The position numbers and the translations under genes are program-made. A stretch of 62,725 bases of DNA, the filler included, from Choristocarpus tenellus KU-1152 (Eukaryota; Protista; Phaeophyceae): NCBI GenBank assembly GCA_964200185.2. It is 10 parts of 10 records of this genome, joined end to end, with 100 filler letters (N's around TTAATTAATTAA, not from the genome) between each part and the next. Parts side by side here need not be neighbours in the genome. Positions count along the whole stretch, not along the records: positions 49,217 to 55,602 come from CAXNAD020008247.1; positions 55,703 to 62,725 come from CAXNAD020006838.1; 8 more parts are not named here. The stretch is one strand, 5' to 3'. The notes beneath the pieces were generated by a model that saw only the letters and a program-made list of their open reading frames with translations, was not told the origin of the DNA and did no database searches. Each line of letters starts with the position of its first letter. Positions within the stretch are counted from its first letter, which is position 1. Below are positions 51,231 to 62,725 of this stretch, in pieces.

Positions 51231-52901
51231 GTTGCGTATTGGGAAGATCAGGATTGTGGCCTCTCACTGGCATACGTTTCGTTTGGAGGGGAGTCCTAGT
51301 GGTTGCACAGTTGTGGTTGGAGGACACGCGGTCTCGTCTAGAGTTGTGCTAAATTAGGTTGGGAATAATGTTCACCTGATGACATCCAACGAATCAATGG
51401 ATCATCCCACGTGGTAGCTGGGAACTGTTTTGGTGCACCGCCACAGTCTCAGATTTGCAGAGTTCAATAGTCGTTCTCTACAAGATAAATTCGGTCTTGC
51501 ACAGGGATGTCACAATTGGGGATCTGAGGACTTTGCGACAGGGTGGATTATGGAGTACAAGCCCAACCTTACAATATATCGATGCTGAGAGATGCGCATG
51601 GCAGTTTACTTTTCGTCTTTAGAGGAGTTGGAGTTGTTTCACTGTGTCGACTAGAGGGTTAGAGGTCAGTTGGATTGACCTATCGGGTTGGGAATAATCT
51701 TGACTGGATGGTGCCCAATGAAGCAACGGATTCTCCCATGTGGGGTGTTCCCCACAGTCTCAGGCTCACACAGGTCAAAAGCGTTCACGAGATGCAAGTG
51801 ATTCTGCACAGACAGGGTATCACAATTGGGGTTCTGGGGACTTTGCGAGAGGGTGGGTCCTGGGGAAGTGCAAGCTCAGAAAGAACGTGGGCAAGTGACT
51901 GAATGCACGAAAGGGGAAGTGGACAAAAACTTAGCTGCCACCCTTTAGCAAAGCTGCAAAATGTGCCTGGATTCAGTTGAAGTGAAGACAAGTGAGGAGG
52001 ATGGAGATAGTGAGCTAAGGGGGAAACCTTACGACTCCTCCTGGGACTTTGGATGACGTCCCCTGAGTTGTGGGAGTTGAGGAGGATGTAGAAGAGAAAT
52101 GGCGAAGAGCAGGAGGAGGATGTGGGCGAAGAGGTGGATGGAGCTAAGGCTGCCCGTACAAAGTCCCACACAGTCCCACACAGTAATATGCAGCGATGTG
52201 CATTGTTTTTCAATGACTGCCATGACCAGAGTGCATCAAATATCTGTGCTCTCTTTTCTTTTCCTCCGTAGTAAGTCAAATACTTGGATACTTCATTTGT
52301 ACTTTGGTAGTAAATATTGTATATATCGAGTCTCGTATCATTCTCAACAGGATCACTGCACCTCTCATACCCAGACAAGAAGGGTTTTAACATGCACTCT
52401 CTGTCAGTTCATACTTCCTCTTCTTGTAAAAACCTTGAAATATCGCTATTGTTTTTTCTACATATCAAAACATCTCTATCATCTAATACAACACGAATTT
52501 CCAGAAAGATATCCCTTGATCCCAAGTTTCACGAAATATATATTTGATCTGATTTGAGACAAAGGATCACAAAAGTTTCACGTATACTTCTGTAACTTTA
52601 CTATAATTTACTACTACTAAAACTAGTATTGGTTAGAGTTCTACAACATTTTTTTTAGGAATTCGTAGGGTATTGGTTAGATCCAAATTCGAACAACATC
52701 AGACAACAAAAAAGAGTGATGGGTAAAGGTGATTGAACGAGGAAGAAGGAAAACCATTTACCGAAATATATATTTTATTTTATGCGGTCAATTTTGAGAA
52801 GCCCTTTCCATCTTAATTTCCACCCAAACCCAACTTGGCAATCACCGCAAATATCTCTCCCATCTCAGGCTATCCTACTACACAACAACAGAGAAGATAA
52901 G

Positions 52902-55398
52902 ATGGTAAGGACTAGTATCATAGGCCTTGTATAAACTTAGATGCCACGGCTTGACTTTGCCACCCCTTCCACCTCACTTCCATTTTGCGGAAGGGGGTGT
53001 ATCAAAGTCGAACACGGAGCTATTGATTCCATACCGATTCCCTTTGCTCTCTATTGCTAGTTGATACATTTTTGCTCGACAGTCTCTACTCTCTGTTCTG
53101 TTTTTTTTTATAGTGTTGGTGTCCTTTTCAATTTGAGGTTGTTATGGATGCCATCCGTGAGCGTGAAGAAGGAAAAACGTTGTTGTATTGGTATCATGAG
53201 GGGTTAAGCATCGACATGTGCACATAGCTGAGAGTCGATAACAAAGCTATGTATAGGATGATAGTCACTGCTTTACTTGTCAAGAAACGATCCATTTCAA
53301 CTGCTGGAGTCAAAACAAAGATGACTGGACCTCTCTTCTGTGGCTTATGATGGCTCAAAGTTTGTTGGTCCTACTTTTTTGGTTAGTTACTCGCACCACC
53401 TAATTTTGAGAGATTGTAGAACTTCTCCACTAAACTTACTGTGCACCATATCTACATCCCAAGCCCTTACATGTTGGTGGTGTCAACTAACGTTGACCTA
53501 CTTGTGAGCCCGACCACCTCAACCGAACCCCTTCAACTCATGTCGTACACAAGTAGCACTTACCTTAGAAACATGGGGGTGAGCTCATGGCGTGATGGGT
53601 CATGCTCGCCACGGTTTTAATATGATTTAGACTTTGTCATGTGCACTGAGGCTGCTTTCCCACTAACCTACATGCTGATCAAACGTCCTCAACACCTCCC
53701 ACAGTATTTTGCACTCCTTGGTGCAGGTCTTTTCGACCTTCACCTACCTTTACCTTGCTATCATCGTCCACTCACCTTTACCACAGCGTTGCACTGGCAC
53801 TTGAATTCTCTGTCGTACAACATTGCTTCCGTCTGTCTTGGCTTGCACCCTGTGTTGCATATGTTACCCACATGTGTGAGGAAAGGACTCCACGGCCTTT
53901 CACATCTCAATGAAAAAAGATACGAAGACAAATGAAACCCTTACTCTCTTTTGAGCTCCCTTCCCAAACATTTTTCTCGCCCTCCCCTTTCTTTCCCCTT
54001 CACTTGCCCTGGGAAACCAAAAACACAGGCTTGCTGTCTCATTTGTGTCAGTGATGAGCCTGTGCCAGGCTCAAAGCTGGATCAATATTATGGCAACCCA
54101 AATCAGTTTCAGATCGGCATGATGGAAGCACCTTGCAAGAACTGCCCTTGTAAGTCTTGAAAGAAAGTATTTTCTTCAGTTTGAGATGTTTTCAAGAAAA
54201 ATGAAAGGCATGACTTCTTGCTGTCCTGCTTGTCATGATGCATCCTTCTGATTACCCTGATGCTCTGAATTTCATCACATATGCTGAGCCCCTAGTGACT
54301 GTTAGTCGTCAAAGAACACTGTAACCGCTGGGAGTTGCGTTGATTTTATTATTATTATTTTATCTAATGCTACCTCAGCCTTGAAATATTCGAACCATGA
54401 GTGGAATCAGGTGCGTATATGTTTTGAAATATTTAATGGAGGGGGCCTCATGCATGTGCCTGGGACTCTTGTTTGCTTTCTCATATATTTTTTCGCCTCT
54501 CACAGAACGTTTTTTTACAGTGTTGCTCATTTCTTTCTTTTTTAAGTTTGGCGTTCGCTTGTTTTGCTCCAAGTTTATAATAGAAGAGTCTCCTCTGCTA
54601 CATGTCATTTTTTACCTCACAGCACTATGTTTTTCTGTACAGTGTAAGAAATCTTCTCTCGGTGAGATTTTTGTTCCAAGCCCCGATCAAACTGTAACTG
54701 ACAAAAGGGAGAGGTCAATCATCATTGTCAACAATGAAACGATGGGAAGGCGTTGTTGATGTGATGTTTACAACTCCAAAAAAAAGTGTTAGTCAGCACC
54801 ATGAGAGTAGGCCTATTTCTTTTTGGGATTCTGCTGACCTCCCAAAGTTGAAGTTTCGTTGCTGGAAGTGCTTGAATACCGGAACTTTCTGACTTACGTT
54901 TACCAACCTTGTTTCTCTTTTTTTTGATACGCTTTTCAAGTGCTTGGATTCCTGTCCTGTCCTGTTTTGTATGCTCTATAACATGTTTTTTTTTTCCTTT
55001 CATAATTGGTGTTAACCGGCTCTATTTTCATTATGTGCATTCTAGCAGTGACAAGAGGCCTGTTGTGACACACCACTGAGAATGACACTGGTGCTCCCAC
55101 CAAAGTCGGAGCAAGGTACTTTTTTTTTTTGTAGTGTGGGAGCCGGTGACCACCGAGTGGTATTTCCTTACAAATGAGATGGAAAACCATTTCATATTTG
55201 AGAGTCGTTCGTTCGTCTGTTGAACTAAATGTTGGACAGCGGGATACATTTTGAACACTTTTTGCTTCTTCCGTTGCTTGCTGCCCTTAGGGTGTTGCTT
55301 TGGCTGCTTCTGCACATGTTGTGCACAGTTTTATGTTCGCAAACGCGCTTTGGATGGAAACCTGGATAACTACATCTGCTGTCAAGGATACTTTCCAG
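52902..55398 (+). CDS. PLAC8-family cysteine-rich protein (5' part)
   Basis: ATG 52902-52904|GTAAGG; exon 54029-54149 (ACCLICVSDE...MMEAPCKNCP); exon 55291-55398 (WCCFGCFCTCCAQFYVRKRALDGNLDNYICCQGYFP). The last matches the RKRAL.NDM..Y.CC.GY.P signature of plant/algal PLAC8-like proteins. Phases 0/1 are compatible. Confidence 0.82.
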
Positions 55399-55531
55399 GT
55401 TGGTCGACCGGAGTTCTCTTGTTGTGTGGATGTCTTTTGAAATGGGGTGGAAGACAGTAGTTCTCGGGGTGTGTGAAAGGGGGAATGGTGATGGAATAGG
55501 TGAGCTACGCAAGAATATTGTTCTGTCCACT

Positions 55532-55566
<35 letters not shown>

Positions 55567-55702
55567 ACCCCCCCACCCCAAAACCCCCTCTCCCCCACCA
55601 CANNNNNNNNNNNNNNNNNNNNNNNNNNNNNNNNNNNNNNNNNNNNTTAATTAATTAANNNNNNNNNNNNNNNNNNNNNNNNNNNNNNNNNNNNNNNNNN
55701 NN

Positions 55703-55724
55703 CCCCCCCCAGATACTTAGACCC
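55703..55724. mobile_element. MITE family 1 terminus at contig start
   Basis: CCCCCCCCAGATACTTAGACCC. Confidence 0.65.
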
Positions 55725-56255
55725 CTGAGTTACAGATTTTATTCTGCAACTCTTTAGCAAATCGGAGTTCCCCCTTCTGGGGTTCCCCACGCGCGTAGAC
55801 TGCTCGCGTCAGTTAAAACGCAGGAATAAATACTCGCGCTATTCACCTGTAACATTAAGTTCTGGGTGGCAAGGAGGCAGAAGGATAGGAAAGAAGTCAA
55901 AAGAAATGGATGGTAGGTGGAGGTACGGGGTAGGAAGGAATAGGGTGATATTAAAGGCAAACCTTTGGAGGAGGTGGTTGAGGACAAGAGGGCAAGAACA
56001 AGGCAGCCTCCGAGCAATCTTTCCCTCCCACCAACCCTTTTGGTTGCTCACGATCGACTGGGATGCTGGGGAAGGAGGGGAGAGGTCAAGTTCGGGCTAG
56101 GTAGATATCTTATAGTTCAGAGGCACGTTATTGAAGTGATTGATGGAGTAGTGTTCTTGGATAAATGTGTAGTGTTGTGGAGTGGTATTCTTGAACAAAT
56201 GTTGAGTAGTGTGGTGGAAAGTGTTACGGAGGACAGGGTGAATGGATTCAGTCAA

Positions 56256-56463
56256 ATTGGTTGCATTGGTTGGTCACTGTAAACTGGTGGCGAAGAATGA
56301 TTGAACTATTGGTCATCGGATATGATTGGTGACTGTAAATCAGTGGTGAAGATTGGTCGCACTGGTTGGTTACTGGATGTGGTTGGTGACTGGAAATCAG
56401 TTGCGAAGATTGGTCACACTAGTTGGTCATTGGATATGGTTGGTGACTGGAAATCAGTGGCGA
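56256..56463. repeat. 57-bp minisatellite, about 3.5 copies
   Basis: G(G/A)TTGGT(G/C)ACTG anchors at 56268, 56324, 56381 and 56438. Confidence 0.9.
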
Positions 56464-56639
56464 TCTGTTTCAATATGTGATGACGTCTTTTCCTTTCAAA
56501 TTCTAACAATTTTATTTTTTTCGTCAAATCCATTAATTAGGAGTGTTTCCACAAAATGAAATTCACTATGGATATTGGCAAGTCTTATATATCACCCCAT
56601 GTTTTCCTGGTACTGTATTGATATATTCGTACATCCATG

Positions 56640-56965
56640 CGGAAATTCCAGTGCAATGTAAACGGGCGGTCATACATACTCCATGTTGCAAGGGATACCT
56701 ATTCCCCTTCAGAGTTGACCTGGGCCTTGACCATAGGCGTGTGCTGGCGTACTTGACCTTCCTCCGTCGGAAAGGTACAGGCATGTTGGTTGTAAACATT
56801 GTGCCTCTTGCGGCCGATCAGTGAGCACCTGTTGGATAGGGCCTCCTCCCTCTCTTGAGAGCTCCTGCCTGCTAGTTTAAACTCTAAAGAGGAGGAATCC
56901 GGCGTGCTGGTTCTAAGGACTGTATGGAGACCCATGCACTGGCCCCTTGCCCATACTGGCTCCAG
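56640..56965 (-). mobile_element. Second zinc-knuckle fragment of the RLE non-LTR family
   Basis: Shares GAGGGAGGAGGCCCTATCCAACA, GAACCAGCA, GTACG.CAGCACAC and CCCTTGCA with 23340-23550; peptide EFKLAGRSSQEREEALSNRCS...HACT...QVRQH. Confidence 0.7.
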
Positions 56966-58329
56966 TGGCAGGCTAGAGGTAGTAAATAATTTTCTCTCTC
57001 CTGTTTCTCTGCATTAGCGTGCCATATTTGTATTACAAACTTTAGAGTGGCCCTAACCTACCGATAAGTATACAGCTTTGACTACTACTTTCTTGGTAGA
57101 TCAGGTATTTGCTAAAAAGTTTCAACATATTGTACGGGGTATGATGAGCCAAAGGCATCTGATATATCTCAGCACAGTATATGACAGGGTGAGTGTCTAG
57201 TTGTTATAGAGCAACTACCCTCAAAGAATGCCATGGTTCAGCATCTATCGAACTATACCCCAATAGCTAGGTTGGTGTAACGAGGGTCAAATCACACAAA
57301 CTTTCAACATGCTTTCTGCCTTCGTGGAGCAGTGGTTTTTCAATGCTCGTAAACGTCACAGCCTGGGATGCTACCCAACATAATCTGTGGGCCTTCTTCA
57401 CCTGACCAGTTGCGCCCTCTCCTCAGGTTGGTCCATCTCAATCATCTCGTTTCTCATTGAGCCTGTTTATTGAACCCTTCTTCCTGCTCTAACTTTGTCC
57501 TGATGCTATTGGGATTCGAGAAAGCGTTTCAGTCAGGATTTGAAGCCTCGGCCTCTGATCTCCCCAAACGTTGATATGCCAATGCTCGTGATTTCCTACC
57601 CTAGTGAAGGAGTGGTGTGTCAATGTTTGAAACGGGGTCTATGATGAATACGCATCCCCTACATGCTCATCTTGTGTCAGAGTTGGGCCCAGCCCCACAG
57701 TCCTATGGTGAAGTGTGAGAATCGGAATATGGGGAAATGAGTATAGAGTTCGTAGGTTTTTGTTTAACATGAACACTCTTAAAGTAATGCTGATATACCA
57801 CTTGGGGCGCAAGGCAATTGTCTCTTTGCGGGTTTTCAAATAGGACAGTGAATTCATAGGATGTTTAGAAGACCTAATGTTAGGATAGTAGTCCAATGCT
57901 TTGGGCAGAATTGGCATTGATTAATTTGAGATCTCTGCCCCTACACCATTCCCTTTGTCCATTAGGCTGATAGTGTCTGGCATGTGAATTGGACCTGCCA
58001 ATATAGCATCTAGATGTAGAAGAGGCTATTATACATTTTTACGTGGATAAAGTGGTGTGTATGTGCACCTCTAACAGGGATGTGGAGTGTTGCCTTTATA
58101 CAGCCATCTGCTAGCACCAAACTTTGTCGAAATGCCATAAGTAGGACATTTTAGGACTTAAAAAAACAACCTGGAATGCGCTCTTCAGTGCAATGGTTTT
58201 GAGTAATGAATGCTTGATATTTATGTTTAGACACAGAGGAAAAAGTATTTTGTCAAGGTCCTCATTGGAGTATATGTTGATGATATGGTGGTTTTGGCCT
58301 CAATTGGCAACTTTATTGTCCTTTTATGC

Positions 58330-59210
58330 CTCCCTCAACAAAGAGCTTTCTACTACTACTACTGCGAACCTTGGCCTGTTGTCCCAGTCTGGTTTCACGT
58401 AGATGAGAGAATAGAAACTTGGTACTATCTATCGCTCAGACAAATTCTTATTGACAGTTTGTGTTATTGTATTTCACCTAATCCTCGAGCTCTATCCTTG
58501 TAGCCCCTTCCAGAATGCTGGGAACCATGGAGGGTGATGCAAAAAGGAGGATTCCCCTTCTTGGGAGGTGGTTGAGGCGTTGATGATGTGGGTGACGAGC
58601 ATGATGACTTGGTCAGATATGGCCAATTGCGTGAGAGGAGTACCCTGTACCGCTCCCATGCGTGAAGCAAAGTGCTCTGGTAGGCAGTGGCCCAGTTTTT
58701 TTTTAAGGCATGCAGGAGCTGAGACTGACCTGCAAGAAAGCAGAACTCAACTTGGGAGTACACGGAGTGATTATGATTTCACCAATGAAATCTTTGAGGG
58801 ACGTTCTGTGTCAGGTGGTGGAGTAATGTGTTGAAGAGTTGCAGTTGCCTGACTTTTTAGGACTCAGTGTATGGTTGCTAAGTTCACGACAGAGGAAGAG
58901 GTCATACTCATGGATGCCTGTGTGAGGGAGTTGCTCTCGTAAGGATGTCTTGAAGTTTGTGCAGCCTATCTTGGCTGGTTCATGCTCTGTTGTGTACGAG
59001 GACAAGCGGGATAATTTTATCGCTAGCAACCCTCTATGTTCAGGGAGGACTAAAGACATGAATGAAATGATTTTCTGGAGGATTTGGTAGCCAAGGGGTA
59101 GATAGAAATAATGCATGTCACATCAGAGGTGCAACACGCAGACATGCTCATCAAGCCTTTGTCAAAGGAGCCTCTTTTGAAGCAGCCTAACTTTTTGCTG
59201 ACTTTTCTCC
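58330..59210 (+). mobile_element. Decayed Ty1/Copia RT C-terminus and RNase H
   Basis: EVVEALMMWVTSMMTWSDMANCVR (VG.LMW...TRPD.A), RSVSGG, RTQCMVAKFTTEEE (TQ..VA.STTEAE), YEDK, ASNPLCSGRTK, IEIMHVTSEVQHADMLIKPL (Q.AD.LTK.L). Confidence 0.85.
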
Positions 59211-62200
59211 AAGGTTATGTGAACCTTTTTTAAATTGTATTTAGATTCAGTGTCTCTATTATAGTTGTATTTTTTTCTCAGACTACTGCCTGTTCATATT
59301 TGTCTGGGGTGAAGTAGGGAGGGTTTGGAGACGATTTTGTAATTGTACTAAGGGAGGACAATTCGTGGTGTGTATATAGAGTCAAGATTACTATTGCCAT
59401 ACGTAGGTTGGCGAAGTCCGGACTGTTCTATTATGGAACAAGACTGACGGGAAATACTTCTGATACAGCATGGTGCTAACCTGCCCCACCTGTCCTAATC
59501 AACCACCCTATACCATCAAGTAATATAAATTTAGAGTTTATCTGTCCTAATCCTCCATTAGCGCGCAAAATAGTCCTATGATAGCAGGAGGCTGCGAGTA
59601 GACGGTCGAGATGTTGCGGAGCAGAGTGTGGGTGCCAAGGTCGGGGAAATCTTGCTTAGAGGATATATTATTGTAAAAAGCAATGGAATAATTGTTGCTG
59701 AATGCGAGTGTTGCGGTATGTGGTGTATTGTTGATTAAAAAGGGCGTCAAAATTGTTTATGCCCTTGAGGTGTAGACATGCGGACGAAGGTCGACAAGAT
59801 GTTCACCCACCACTTCAAGAAGATATGCGTCTACGGTAAGTTAAGACTTTGTGCGATTGAGCAGTGGAAGTTGTGGCCTCAAACATCATTGAAGAAGTGT
59901 TCTACCAAGTTGTGGACCTATGTTGCTGTACATCAAACATGACGGGGATGTAGTGGCCAGTCAAAGAAAGCTTGGCATCGAAACATTCGGTATCCAATCA
60001 GTTAAGGGAGTCTGACCATTTTCGATCAGAATGGAACACTCATCAGATATAAAATAATCAATCACCAAAATGCTAGGTGGTGTCAGCTTGTAAGGGGACT
60101 CGATCAGCTTCGTCAATGCGACACTCTGCAACCGACTCCTTTATGCACAAACAGCTCCTTCTCTAGTCACCCTGTCGCACGGAAAAACTTCGATTGATCC
60201 CCCAGTCGTGGAAAATGTCTTTCTGTTTAGTAGTATCGGCTTGGGATGGACTGAGAACGTTGGGGGTCCAATACAGGATCGTCTTGTCCATTCTCGTTGA
60301 CGGGCAAAGATGTGAGAATCGAGATGCCCCTGCCCCTCGCGCCAACCCACCTGTCCTCACTTTATCCACATTGTAGACGTCACGTCGTCACGTCGTCACG
60401 TCGCCTCGTCGATTTATTCACATGTGAAATATAGAGTTCAAAAACCGCATCTACAAATCTCAACATCTTCTATTGGTTTGCCCAACCCTTTCAAGGAGTA
60501 GATCATATCCTCCAAATTTATCTAGTGCATAGAATTTCTCCGAATGCAACATTGTAACGAGGTAACGGACTGATCCTAGGCACTTTAGCACATGTCTTTA
60601 TTCCCAATCCATGACGAGCTTACACTTGTCCATGAGTCTTCTGATTTTCTCAAATTGTCGTGTCCTATGAATATCATCTTTGTTTAAGAAATCCCAAACT
60701 CTAAAACTCCAAAACTCACTGTGGTCGGCTGGCCGGTCGGTCAGGCTGTTCACATGGTGTTGAAATGAAGTGATTTCTGGTTTACTAACCCATTGGCTAC
60801 AATAACAAAAGGGTCTAAAGCCTGTCTGCCGAGACACAAGTGAAACTCGCTGTGCGCACGCCTATGAAGATACGTGACTAAAGGGTCTCTAAATCTGGTG
60901 GTGCCGAGCGCTGTTGTGGGTTCGTGCCTGTTCAGGACAACATTTGGTAATGGCCGGACCTGCGCGGGTCGGGTCGTCGAGATCGGGGGTCGACGCCAAA
61001 GGTGAGCGCGGGCATGAAAATATGACCGTGACACAACCCTGCCTCTGTTAAGAAAGGATTTGAGTTAGTGTGCTGTATCTAATCGTGGAGTACCTGATCG
61101 GAGTGGTTTCAGGCTCTTCAATTGTTGGTTGCGCGTCCACCGACTGAATTGTTGGATGTTGGACGCCATGTCTGACTTTTCTCGACTTCAGGAGAGTGAT
61201 CGCAGCCATGGGGATTTTTTTACGCTGGATTGGGCTTGGTTTCCAGTATCGTTGTTCTCTTTTTGGTTGCATCTCGTATGCGGTGCCAACGTTAATTGTC
61301 GCGAGGTTTTTTTAGAGTTCACAAGACATTCCATTCCTGAATTCTGGTGCGTCGACCTTTCCCCTTCAACTAAATCTCGATCATAAATAGTGGGTGATCG
61401 GTTTGGTGATCTATGGAACTCCAACCTCCGTCATCACAGAGACTCGAAACTTGCTAAACTTGTTGTTGTGGAAGCCATGATTCGAATGTTTGCTCTATTG
61501 AGGTGTCCTGGATTTCTCCATGGCCAACCCCCTGTTCGTGTCTGGACGGGTACACATAATCGGACTAGGCAATCGTTGCACATTTGTTTAATGTTAAGAT
61601 CAATCATCAGACTGTTGTGGTTGTTCGTGTCTTTCCTTTCTCCGATCTCGCAAGTTTTCTGTTTATCTCTCCCAAAAGTGGTGATTCCTTCGCTGTCAAG
61701 GTCCAGATTCTATGTCCCGCGCGCTATCTTGGCTCACCTGTACCTACGTTGAGTTCTGAGGTTGACAATCGATAGGTTGTCTTAGAGGCCGGCACCACGA
61801 TACGTTGAAGCAATTTCACAGGAAGGATTTGGGGTGTATTAGATGAAGGGGAGTAGTTCGGACAAAATGACCTGCGTAAAAGGTTGTTGCAGCGTTAGGC
61901 CCTCCTCTATCGCCAATTGTAGGTTTCCTTAATCTTAAACCCCAAACATCTGTACATCTGCAGTGCTAACTTGGCAATATCTTTCATGATTTGCGTCTCG
62001 CCAGTCTCTCCGCAGCACTTTTGTTGGTGCCGATACGACCGTTACTAGACTACCTAGAGCCATTTTATGTGTCGCTATTCTACCCCTTTATTGTGAGCGC
62101 ATTTCTTGCGAATCACTTCTCCAGTTACATATCTCGGTTGAACTTACTCCACTGATGGAAGGACAAAGCGTGTCATGTTCAGGCTGTTTTCATTTCTCAT

Positions 62201-62458
62201 TTATTTGTTACTTCCTCTTGTGCATGTGGAAGTAGCTCCTTAGTGTGCTTACTTGGGTGCACCTTCTACACATGTACTCAGAGTGACAGCAAGCACAATT
62301 TCCTCACGCGCCAAGGTTTCCTCTGTGACATCCAGATAAGTTTACAGTTACGAAAAGACTTGGTTCCAATGATCGCCTAGGCTGCCGGTCGTGGACACAG
62401 TTTGATCACACACATTTTCAAGGTACAAAGCGCTCGTTTTTCTGTTCGCATTTTGGAA

Positions 62459-62486
62459 GCTCTCTCTCTCTCTCTCTCTCTCTCTC
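62459..62486. repeat. (CT)n microsatellite
   Basis: Direct reading. Confidence 0.9.
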
Positions 62487-62725
62487 GCTTCTTTTCCAGC
62501 GTGGATGAAATTAATTGCTTCTGTGAAGAAAAGTACACACTGCACCGGTAAAGAAGTAACATTCATACACATACATACCCCTCTTCTTAGTGTTTATTTC
62601 TTAACCGATGTGTAGTAAACTGGGTACAAAATCCATATTTATGGCGCAACCCCCCCCCCCCCCCGCCCCCCCCCCCCCCCCCTCCCCCCCCTACACATCC
62701 CTCCCCTTCGTGAGAGTGAAGTGAG

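Noticed and set aside
56256-56463. CRISPR-like or coding 19-aa repeat
   Set aside because: The whole unit repeats with no unique spacers and no supported exon; it is a minisatellite.
60015-60050. Minus-strand CTGATGA...CGAAA hammerhead-like core
   Set aside because: Stem II does not pair beyond the first base pair.
1-62725. tRNA, rRNA, snRNA, Fanzor/TnpB
   Set aside because: The GGTTCGA hits inspected lack cloverleaf context and no RuvC/zinc-finger signature was seen; a covariance or HMM search is needed to exclude them fully.

Overview
Eukaryotic, intron-rich, repeat-rich DNA. The window is not one locus: it is 10 draft contigs joined by nine artificial 100-nt linkers (44 N + TTAATTAATTAA + 44 N). 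TTAGGG interstitial repeats, 0.15-1.4 kb introns, Ngaro/DIRS-like, RLE-LINE and DD39D mariner relics suggest a brown alga or related stramenopile (inference only). Host genes rebuilt by hand from splice signals: RRP6/EXOSC10 (3 exons, - strand); a long-chain fatty-alcohol oxidase / GMC oxidoreductase (10 exons, two consecutive GC-AG introns); an unknown secreted 12-Cys protein with two mirror-spaced cysteine modules; a WDR44-like last exon; a PLAC8-family gene whose first coding exon is only ATG; an ankyrin pseudogene. Mobile DNA: Gypsy pol whose integrase ends in chromo-like plus Tudor-like modules, Ngaro-like RT, Copia RT/RNase H, a plant-type mariner with CpG-deamination scars, three RLE-LINE fragments, and three MITE families with related termini (Sola-like), one of which accounts for 7 of the 18 contig ends next to linkers. 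No rRNA, tRNA or CRISPR array was recognised. All assignments come from motif recall, not database searches.
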